Shown here in pieces: positions 18,022 to 24,920 of a stretch of DNA of 31,674 nucleotides. The notes under the pieces are model-generated. The model searched no databases. It was not told the origin of the DNA and was given only the letters and a program-made list of their open reading frames with translations. The position numbers and the translations under genes are program-made. The stretch comes from an uncultured bacterium (GTDB lineage: Bacteria; Desulfobacterota; Deferrimicrobia; Deferrimicrobiales; Deferrimicrobiaceae). How positions within the stretch are numbered: position 1 is the stretch's first letter; each line of letters starts with the position of its first letter. Where the stretch lies: contig CAYWOT010000001.1 in NCBI GenBank assembly GCA_964459975.1, positions 1 through 31,674 of the forward strand. The letters are read 5' to 3'.

Positions 18022-18651
18022 ATGGCGCGGCGGGGCCCGCGGGGAGGGGGGGCGGCGAAACGCGACCGCATCCTGCGGTCGGCGATCCGGGTCTTTTCCC
18101 AGAAGGGATTCTTCAATTCCAAGGTTTCCGAGATCGCGCGGCTCGCGGGCGTCGCGGACGGAACGATCTACCTCTACTTCAAGAACAAGGACGACCTCCT
18201 CATCTCGCTGTTCGAGGAGAAGATGGCCGAGGTGGTCGCCGACGTCAGGCGCCGGGTCGCCGCCGCGGACGGGGCGCTGGACCAGCTTCGGATCTTCATC
18301 GAGAACCATATGGACCTGCTCGTGCGCGAGGCCGGGCTGATTGAGGTGCTCCAGGTGGAGCTCCGGCAAAGCAACCGGTTCATGAAGGAATACGTGCCCG
18401 CGAAGTTCCTCGAGTATCTCGACGTGATCAGCGAGATCCTCAACCGGGGGAAGCGGGAAGGAATCTTCCGGCGGGACCTCAACGTCACACTGGCGCGCAG
18501 GGCGGTGTTCGGTGCGCTCGACGAAATGGCGCTCGCGTACGTGCTTTCCCGAAAGCGGAAATACGATCCTGCCGAAGCCTCCGCGGAAATCTACCGCATT
18601 TTCGCGGAAGGACTTTGCGGCGCGACTCCAGTCAGAGAGGACGGGGGATGA
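18022..18651 (+). CDS. fadR: TetR family regulator, Bacillus FadR/YsiA-like (acyl-CoA responsive repressor)
   Basis: AGVADGTIYLYFKNKDDLLISLFEEKM is near-identical to the YsiA HTH as recalled. The C-terminal ELRQSN and LARRAVFGALDE motifs are also YsiA-like. The gene overlaps an acyl-CoA dehydrogenase and has a FadR box upstream. Confidence 0.8.
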   Translation: MARRGPRGGGAAKRDRILRSAIRVFSQKGFFNSKVSEIARLAGVADGTIYLYFKNKDDLLISLFEEKMAEVVADVRRRVAAADGALDQLRIFIENHMDLLVREAGLIEVLQVELRQSNRFMKEYVPAKFLEYLDVISEILNRGKREGIFRRDLNVTLARRAVFGALDEMALAYVLSRKRKYDPAEASAEIYRIFAEGLCGATPVREDGG

Positions 18652-19790
18652 TCGGGTTCGATCTGTCGCAGGAGCAGATGGCGCTTCAGGAGATGGCGAG
18701 AAAGTTCGCCGCCAACGAGATCCGGCCCAAGGCGGTCGAGTACGATCACGCCGGGACCTTTCCCTCCGACATTTTCGAAAAGGCGTTCGGACTCGGGCTC
18801 ATGAGCGGCTACATCCCGGAAGAGTACGGCGGCCTGGGGCTCAAGGCGCTCGATACGTGCGTCATCGAGGAGGAGCTGGGGTGGGGATGCTCCGGGATCG
18901 CCACCTCCATGACCGCAAACGGGCTCGCGCTGACGCCGATCCTCATCGCCGGAACGGACGATCAGAAACGACGCTTCGTCGCCCCGTTCGCCGAGGCGCT
19001 TCAGTACGCGTCGTTCTGCCTGACCGAGCCCGGCGCCGGCTCCGACGTCGGAGGGATCGCGACGACCGCCCGGAAGGCCGGGGACGCGTACGTTCTCAAC
19101 GGGCGCAAGTGTTTCACCACCAACGCAAGCTACGCCTCGCAATACACGGTCTTCGCCTCGACGGACCGCGCGAAGGGGCACAAGGGGTTATCGGCGTTCG
19201 TCGTCCCGCGGTCGCTGCCCGGCGTGTCCGTCGGGAAGAAGGAGGACAAGATGGGGCAGCGCGCCTCCGACACGGCGGACGTGCTCTTCGAGGACGTGTC
19301 GGTCCCGGCGGCGAACCTCCTGGGCAAGGAGGGCGAGGGATTCAAGATCGCCATGATCACGCTGGACTATGCCCGGCCCACGGTCGCCGCGCTCGCCGTG
19401 GGCGTCGCCCGGGCGGCGTACGAGCTGGCGATGAACTACGCCAAGGAGCGCGTGCAGTTCGGCGTTCCGATCGCCATGAACCAGGCGATCCACTTCCTGC
19501 TGGCCGACATGGCGATGGACATCGAGGCGGCCCGCCTCCTGACGTACAAGGGGGCGTGGCTGCTCGACCAGGGAAAGAGGAACACCAAGGAATCGTCCTT
19601 CGCCAAGGCCTTCGCCGCCGATCTGGCGATGCGGGTCACCACCGACGCCGTCCAGGTCTTCGGCGGGTACGGCTACATGAGGGACTACCCGGTGGAGAAG
19701 CTGATGCGGGACGCCAAGCTCCTGCAGATCTACGAGGGGACGAGTCAGATCCAGCGCATGGTGATCGCCAAGGAGGTCATGATGCGCTAG
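18648..19790 (+). CDS. Acyl-CoA dehydrogenase (butyryl-CoA DH/AcdA-like)
   Basis: ATG overlaps the fadR stop. PEEYGG, FCLTEPGAGSD, LNGRK, KMGQRAS, GEGFKIAM, RVQFG, FGGYGY, QIYEGTSQIQR (catalytic Glu). Confidence 0.95.
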   Translation: MIGFDLSQEQMALQEMARKFAANEIRPKAVEYDHAGTFPSDIFEKAFGLGLMSGYIPEEYGGLGLKALDTCVIEEELGWGCSGIATSMTANGLALTPILIAGTDDQKRRFVAPFAEALQYASFCLTEPGAGSDVGGIATTARKAGDAYVLNGRKCFTTNASYASQYTVFASTDRAKGHKGLSAFVVPRSLPGVSVGKKEDKMGQRASDTADVLFEDVSVPAANLLGKEGEGFKIAMITLDYARPTVAALAVGVARAAYELAMNYAKERVQFGVPIAMNQAIHFLLADMAMDIEAARLLTYKGAWLLDQGKRNTKESSFAKAFAADLAMRVTTDAVQVFGGYGYMRDYPVEKLMRDAKLLQIYEGTSQIQRMVIAKEVMMR

Positions 19791-19816
19791 CCCGCGTTTC
19801 TCACCAGGCTTCTGCT

Positions 19817-19843
19817 GCTGCCGCGGCCGTCGGCTGCGGCAGC
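19817..19843. repeat. Strong GC-rich hairpin GCTGCCGCGGCC-GTC-GGCTGCGGCAGC downstream of the acyl-CoA dehydrogenase
   Basis: 12-bp stem with one G-T pair and a 3-nt loop. No T tract on either strand, so not a canonical intrinsic terminator. Confidence 0.45.
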
Positions 19844-20045
19844 CGTGCCCCCGCCGACGTTCGGTCATCCCCGGCCGCTCTTCCTTCTGTTCGCGCCGCT
19901 CCTGCGCCTCCATGCGCCCGCGGCACTCGCCCGTCCATGGGCAGCGTCGACGCCCTCTTCGGAGCGTACGTTCTCCCGCCACCATCCCGTGCGGACGGAA
20001 CCTCGCTCTACGCCCGTCTCCATCGCCTCGCTACGAACCCCGGTT

Positions 20046-20076
20046 AAAAAACGCGGTCCGGGCGGGCCCGTTCGCG
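20046..20076 (-). terminator. Intrinsic terminator of the minus-strand HTH-ARH gene
   Basis: Minus strand reads CGCG-AA-CGGG-CCCG-CCCG-GAC-CGCG followed by TTTTTT, 6 nt after the stop codon. Confidence 0.6.
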
Positions 20077-20082
20077 CCTGCC

Positions 20083-21744
20083 TCACGGCTCCTTGCGGGC
20101 GAACGCCAGGAGCCGGTCCGCCGACGCCTCGAGCTCGGCCTGCCAGATCAGCCCTTCGAGAAACCGTTCCGGAATCTTTCCCGCGCCGAGGTAGGCGCCG
20201 GCGAGGCTGCCCACCATCGCCGCATTCGCCTCCGCCTCGCTGCCGAGGTTCACCGCGGCCAGCACCGCGGAGGCGAAATCCTCGGGGTAGCGCAGGAAGC
20301 ATGCCCAGGCGAAGGGGATTCCCTCGGAGGCGGCGGGGCCGTTTCCGAGCGCTTCGCGGGCTTCCTCCGGTTCCGCCCGCCGGAGCAGAAGGGCGGTCAG
20401 CTCCGTGCCGAGCCGCCTCCAGATCGTCGGTGCCCCCTTCGCTCCCGTCCTGCCCCCGCGGGGCGGCCGGTCGGCTTCGACGCCCGCCACGACGTGGGAC
20501 AGTCCGCGGGCGAATCCCAGGACGTCGAGCGCCTCCGCCGACGTGTGGAGGAGACGCGCCACCGCGGAGGCCTGGGCGATCGCGGCGGCCAGCGACGCCG
20601 GGTGCGGATGCGTGATCGCGGCTTCGATTCCCGTCTCGAGTTTCAGGAGCCGGAAGTTCCCCGCTCGCAGGAGGGCGAGCGGGGCAACGCGGGCGGCGGG
20701 AGCCGACTCCGGAAGGCCGGCGCCCGACTCGAACCAGGGGAACTTCCGATCGAGCAGGTTTCGCGCGAATTCACTCCGGTCTCCGGTTCCCGGCATCCGG
20801 CGGGATCTGGCGAAGAGACCGGCGATCCGCTCGGGGTCGAGCTTCCGGGCCGAGAGAAGCGCGCGGGACAGGAGCAGGCACGCCGGAGGGGGTTGGTCGC
20901 CGAACGGAACGTTTCCGGACCCGGGCGCCGCCGGGCCGTCGATCCGTCCGAACAGCTCCCGGATGTCCCGAGGGGAGAGCCCCTGGGTGAGCCTCCCGAG
21001 CACCTCTCCTACGGCCGAGCCGAGCAGGGCGCCGCGAAAGCGGTCGCGGTAGTCGATGTTCGCGTCGAACGCGAGGAACACCGTCTCTCCCTTGGCCATG
21101 TACGAGGGGATCTTTCCCCTGCGAACGAGAAACTGGTAGATCGCCTCCGGTTCCTTCTCGAACAGGAGCGGCTGGTCCGCATCGTGGCCGGCTACGTGGG
21201 ACACCTTCCGTTCCGCCTGCAAGGCAAGCGTCCGAGCCATCTCCCAGAAATCCTCGTTTCCCGGAACGGGAATCCTGGGGAGGGTCTGCTGCAGGCTCGC
21301 GACGACGTCCTCGGCGGCGTCGAACGACAGATCGATCGGGGCTCTTCCCCTTTCGTCGCCGGGCGCTCCGCCGCTCCTCGCGGACGCGTTCGGCTGTGAC
21401 GCGGAGAGAAGTCCGTTTCCCTCTCCGGCTCCGGCGACGGGCCCGGGAGACGCCGGTTCGCCGCGGAGGGGGTACCCGCCGAAATGGAAGGCCATCAGTT
21501 TCTGGATCTGCGAAGGAGTGAAACGCAGCGCCTGCAGGATGGTCAGGAGGGTCTCCGCGCGCGGAACCCTGCCGCCATAGACGACCTGGCGAAGCAGTTC
21601 GTAGCTGAACGGGATTGCGGTGCTGTCCCGGGCGAACTTCTTCAGGGACGTGTAGCCCAGGCTCTCGATCCGTTTCCTCAACGTTGTCGCGAGAAAACCA
21701 GCGGAATGATCACCCACGATATGGGTCCTCCCGAACCCGGGCAT
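20083..21744 (-). CDS. XRE/Cro-like HTH fused to a degenerate ADP-ribosylglycohydrolase (DraG/ARH3-fold) domain; likely true start GTG at 21717
   Basis: aa 17-90 LRKRIESLGYTSLKKFARD..SYELLRQVVYGGRVP...TLLTILQAL fits the XRE HTH pattern. aa 232-550 carry ARH landmarks RDRFRGALLGSAVG..LG, R.APLAL, ITHPHP, LGNG.AA.E.IP.A..CF, AVLAAVNLG....NAAMVGSLAGAYLG, IP. GTG 21717 has GGAGG at 8-nt spacing. Confidence 0.85.
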   Translation of the reverse strand: MPGFGRTHIVGDHSAGFLATTLRKRIESLGYTSLKKFARDSTAIPFSYELLRQVVYGGRVPRAETLLTILQALRFTPSQIQKLMAFHFGGYPLRGEPASPGPVAGAGEGNGLLSASQPNASARSGGAPGDERGRAPIDLSFDAAEDVVASLQQTLPRIPVPGNEDFWEMARTLALQAERKVSHVAGHDADQPLLFEKEPEAIYQFLVRRGKIPSYMAKGETVFLAFDANIDYRDRFRGALLGSAVGEVLGRLTQGLSPRDIRELFGRIDGPAAPGSGNVPFGDQPPPACLLLSRALLSARKLDPERIAGLFARSRRMPGTGDRSEFARNLLDRKFPWFESGAGLPESAPAARVAPLALLRAGNFRLLKLETGIEAAITHPHPASLAAAIAQASAVARLLHTSAEALDVLGFARGLSHVVAGVEADRPPRGGRTGAKGAPTIWRRLGTELTALLLRRAEPEEAREALGNGPAASEGIPFAWACFLRYPEDFASAVLAAVNLGSEAEANAAMVGSLAGAYLGAGKIPERFLEGLIWQAELEASADRLLAFARKEP

Positions 21745-21771
21745 CCCCTCCGGCGAGGATGACTACAACAT

Positions 21772-21801
21772 ATTTTGCCTGGAGACAAAATTAGATTTCA
21801 A
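21772..21801 (-). promoter_or_regulatory. Candidate promoter of the HTH-ARH gene (TTGAAA-N18-CAAAAT) overlapped by the 20-bp near-palindrome ATTTTGCCTGGAGACAAAAT
   Basis: TTGAAA on the minus strand at 21801-21796. The palindrome at 21772-21791 has 8 of 10 pairs complementary. The region is strongly AT-rich against the background. Confidence 0.5.
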
Positions 21802-21853
21802 GAAAAAAATATCATTTGCATGAAGACAAGCGCAGTTGTTGCCTTTGGTCGGG

Positions 21854-23872
21854 TTACAGCGACTCCATAAGGAATTCCGCAATATCCTTCACGTGAACGC
21901 GACCCTCGAGATCGTGGAACTTTGCGGCGTCGTCGAACATGGTAAGACAGTAAGGGCAACTGGAGGCGGTGGAGTCGGCGCCGGTCCGCATCAGCTCGTC
22001 GAACCGGATGTAGTTGATCCGCTTGCCGGGAATCTCAAGCCACATTCCTCCGCCGCCGGCGCCGCAGCAGAACGCCTTCTCGCGCGTGCGGTCCGGTTCC
22101 TGGAGGACGATCCCCGGAACCGCCCGGAGGACTTCCCGCGGCGCGTCGTACAGATCGTTGTGCCGCCCCAGGTAGCAGGAATCGTGGTACGCGACGAGGC
22201 GCTCGACCGGCCTGGAAGGGACGAGCTTCCCCTGGGCGACGAGCTCGCGCAGAAGGACCGAGTGGTGGATCGCCTCCACGCGGAGTCCGAACTGCGGATA
22301 CTCGGTGCGGAAGGTGTTGAAGCAATGGGGACACGCCGTGATGACCTTCCGGACGGAGTAGGAGGCGAAGGCCTCCTTCACCGCTTCCACCATGCCGAGC
22401 TGGAAGAGCCCCTCCTCACCGAGACGGCGGACGGATTCTCCGCAGCACGTTTCCTCCGGGCCCAAGGTAGCGTAGTCGACGCCCGCCCGGTCCAGAAGCG
22501 AGACCAGCGCGCGGGTCACCTTCTGGTTGCGCGGGTCGTAGGCGCCCGCACAGCCCGCCCAGAGGAGATATTCGAAGCTCCGTTTTTCCGCCGCGAGCGG
22601 GACCGTAAGCCCGTCCGCCCAGCGGAACCGGTCGTCCTGGGGAAGCCCCCACGGGTTGCCGGTATCGCCCATCTTCCGCAGGGCGATCCGGGCCGAGTCG
22701 GGGACCTTTCCGGCGGCGACGTATCCGCGGCGGACGTCGACGATCATGTCGATATGCTCGATCAGGACCGGACACGCCTGCATGCAGGCGCGGCAAGTCG
22801 TGCACGCCCAGATCTCGTCGGGGGCGAGCACCTCGAAGGTGAAGGGGCGGACGACCGGCCGTCCCGTCTGTTTGTCGAGCGTGGCGGCGGACGGGACGAG
22901 GCGCGAATAGAGGTTCCGGCTCATCTGTTCTCCGGTCTTGAGGACCACGTCGCGGGGAGAGAGCGGCATGTCGGCCGCAAACGCGGGGCACTCGTCCTGG
23001 CAGCGTCCGCACTTGGTGCAGGCGTCGGCGGAAAGAAGGTGCTTCCACGAGAAGTCCTCCACGTCGACGACGCCCGGCCTCTCCTCGTCTTCGATCCCCG
23101 GAACCGTCTGGAGCGCCCCCTTGGGACGCGACGTCCGCAGGAAGATGTTCACGACGCCGGTCCCGAGGTGGAACATCTTGGAGAACGGGATCGTCGCGAG
23201 AAAGGCGAAGGCCAGGAACAGATGGGTCCACCAGAGCCCGCGGTGGAGGGACAAGAGGTTCGGCAGCGGCATCGGCGCGAACATCGGAGCGAGCGCGTTG
23301 CTCACCCAGGAGGCTGCAGCGCCCTCCGGCCGCGTCGCCGCCAGCCGGACCGCCTCGATGAGGAAGCCCGTCACGGCGATCGCGCCGATCAGCAGCAGTT
23401 GGAGGAGGTCGTCGCCGTCGCGGGTGAGCCCCTGCGGCCGGAAGAGCGTCCGCCTCACGAGCGCGGCGAGAACTCCCGCCAGGAGAAGAAGGCCGAACGT
23501 GTCGGCGAACAGCTTGAAGACGAGGTAGAACCCGTCGTGAAGGATCGGGATCCCGAAATCGTAGTCGACCGCCACGAGGCAGGTTGCGAGAAACAGCACG
23601 AGGAACGCGGAATAGACGGCCAGGTGGATCAGGCCGCCGGCCCTCCGCTTGAGCACCGTCTGCTGGCCGAGTCCGATCTTCCAGACGTCGACGACGCGGT
23701 TCCAAAGGTCGTCGGTCCGGTCCTCCCGCTCCGCTCGTCCGCGGCGGTACATGCCGACGCGCTCGAACAGGCCCCAGGCGACGATGAGCAGGACCACGCC
23801 GAACAGGGCATACAGGACGACAACCGCCCAATGGGGAAGATTCCAGAGGATTTCCCGACCGATCGGCTCCAT
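21854..23872 (-). CDS. Membrane-bound heme b / Fe-S oxidoreductase (NarI-like TM domain + 2x[4Fe-4S] + two CCG domains), FadF/ETF:menaquinone oxidoreductase (EMO)-like
   Basis: Hydrophobic N-terminal third with His in TM helices (LIHL, SLHR, WTHL, MFHL). CTKCGRCQDECP and CTTCRACMQACP; CCG domains WAGC...TCCGE...ACPHC and YHDSC...FCCGAGGG...SCPYC. RBS AGGAG. Confidence 0.85.
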   Translation of the reverse strand: MEPIGREILWNLPHWAVVVLYALFGVVLLIVAWGLFERVGMYRRGRAEREDRTDDLWNRVVDVWKIGLGQQTVLKRRAGGLIHLAVYSAFLVLFLATCLVAVDYDFGIPILHDGFYLVFKLFADTFGLLLLAGVLAALVRRTLFRPQGLTRDGDDLLQLLLIGAIAVTGFLIEAVRLAATRPEGAAASWVSNALAPMFAPMPLPNLLSLHRGLWWTHLFLAFAFLATIPFSKMFHLGTGVVNIFLRTSRPKGALQTVPGIEDEERPGVVDVEDFSWKHLLSADACTKCGRCQDECPAFAADMPLSPRDVVLKTGEQMSRNLYSRLVPSAATLDKQTGRPVVRPFTFEVLAPDEIWACTTCRACMQACPVLIEHIDMIVDVRRGYVAAGKVPDSARIALRKMGDTGNPWGLPQDDRFRWADGLTVPLAAEKRSFEYLLWAGCAGAYDPRNQKVTRALVSLLDRAGVDYATLGPEETCCGESVRRLGEEGLFQLGMVEAVKEAFASYSVRKVITACPHCFNTFRTEYPQFGLRVEAIHHSVLLRELVAQGKLVPSRPVERLVAYHDSCYLGRHNDLYDAPREVLRAVPGIVLQEPDRTREKAFCCGAGGGGMWLEIPGKRINYIRFDELMRTGADSTASSCPYCLTMFDDAAKFHDLEGRVHVKDIAEFLMESL

Positions 23873-23973
23873 GGGAGAACTCCTTTTCCGGGGTCGCGCG
23901 CTTAGTACTATCAGAAGCGCCCGAGAGCCGTAAAGACAATTCTTTGCGCCCTCCGGAACGTCGCGTTTTCCGA

Positions 23974-23979
23974 TATACT
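23974..23979 (+). promoter_or_regulatory. Candidate -10 element (TATACT) for the alpha/beta hydrolase; no good -35
   Basis: TATACT lies 30 nt upstream of ATG 24010. Confidence 0.35.
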
Positions 23980-24009
23980 GAACGCCACTTGCGCCCCGGG
24001 GGACAGGCG

Positions 24010-24774
24010 ATGCCCGAAGTCACCGTCGCTGGCGAGAGCATCCGCTACCGGGACACGCTGCGACGCGCAAAGCGGACCATCCTGTTTCTTCACGGGGCGG
24101 GTGGATCCCATCGCATCTGGCGCGACCAGTGGGCCGGATTGAAAGAGGCGGCCCGTCTCGTTCTCCCGGACCTCCCCGGGCACGCGGGGTCGGGCGGCGC
24201 ACCGCGCGGATCGATCGGAGAGTACGCGGCGTGGCTCGCCGAGTTCGTCTCGGAAACCGGGCTTGCGCGGTACGTTCTCGCGGGACATTCCATGGGTGGC
24301 GCGATCGCCCAGCAGGCCGCCCTCGACGGGATTCCGGGAATCGAGGCGCTCATTCTCGTGGGGACGGGGGCAAGGCTCAAGGTGCTCCCGGCCATCACCG
24401 ACGGCATCGCCAACCGGTTCGGCGAGTTCGCCCCGGAGCTTGTCGGGATGCTCATGGCCGACGGTCCCAATCCGTTTCTCCTGGAGGACGTCGCCCGGGA
24501 CGTGCTCGCGACGCGTCCGGAGACCTTCCTCGCCGACTTCGCGGCCTGCAACGCGTTCGACGTCATGGACCGGCTGGACCGGATCCGCACTCCCGCCCTC
24601 GTCGTTACGGGCAGCCGCGACCGGTTGACGCCGCTCAAGTACGGACAGTACCTGGCGACCAACCTCCCCGGGGGGGTCCTCAAGATCATCGACGGTGCGG
24701 GCCACCTCGCGATGCTCGAGAAACCGGTCGAAACGAACCGGGTCATCGCCTCGTTCGTGCAATCTCTCGCCTGA
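24010..24774 (+). CDS. Alpha/beta fold hydrolase (esterase/lactonase-like)
   Basis: FLHGAGG oxyanion motif, DLPGHAGS, nucleophile elbow GHSMGG, acid in GSRDRLT, His in GAGHLAM. ATG 24010 after GGACAGG. Confidence 0.92.
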   Translation: MPEVTVAGESIRYRDTLRRAKRTILFLHGAGGSHRIWRDQWAGLKEAARLVLPDLPGHAGSGGAPRGSIGEYAAWLAEFVSETGLARYVLAGHSMGGAIAQQAALDGIPGIEALILVGTGARLKVLPAITDGIANRFGEFAPELVGMLMADGPNPFLLEDVARDVLATRPETFLADFAACNAFDVMDRLDRIRTPALVVTGSRDRLTPLKYGQYLATNLPGGVLKIIDGAGHLAMLEKPVETNRVIASFVQSLA

Positions 24775-24905
24775 CGCAGCGTTCGCGCGGCGGATGACGG
24801 CTTGCCGGGCATGGCCGACTTCTACGATCTCCGGCAGGAGCTCGACGACGGCGTGACCCCCGCGCTCGCGGACAGGGGGCGTCCGGACGGAGCGGGCGGC
24901 CGCTG

Positions 24906-24914
24906 TGGTAGAGT
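24906..24914 (+). promoter_or_regulatory. Extended -10 promoter TG-G-TAGAGT six nt before the glcD-like ATG (leaderless arrangement)
   Basis: TG 24906-24907, TAGAGT 24909-24914, ATG at 24921; no Shine-Dalgarno between them. Confidence 0.55.
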
Positions 24915-24920
24915 GAAACC

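Noticed and set aside
19960-19984. CCACCA resembling a tRNA/tmRNA 3' end
   Set aside because: No GTTCRA T-loop, D-arm or acceptor-stem partner at the right distances.
20083-21744. HTH-ARH as the antitoxin/immunity half of an ADP-ribosyltransferase toxin system or a DraT/DraG pair
   Set aside because: No ART, DraT, nif or secretion gene is adjacent on either strand, and the hydrolase metal ligands are missing. A partner elsewhere in the genome cannot be excluded.
16937-23939. AGACAA recurring in AT-rich intergenic regions (16937, 21783, 21824, 23934)
   Set aside because: Only a hexamer; inconsistent flanks and spacing, and expected by chance in AT-rich patches.
24772-24810. Selenocysteine read-through at the hydrolase TGA
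   Set aside because: The hydrolase domain is already complete, the position is not a catalytic Cys site, and no convincing SECIS hairpin follows.
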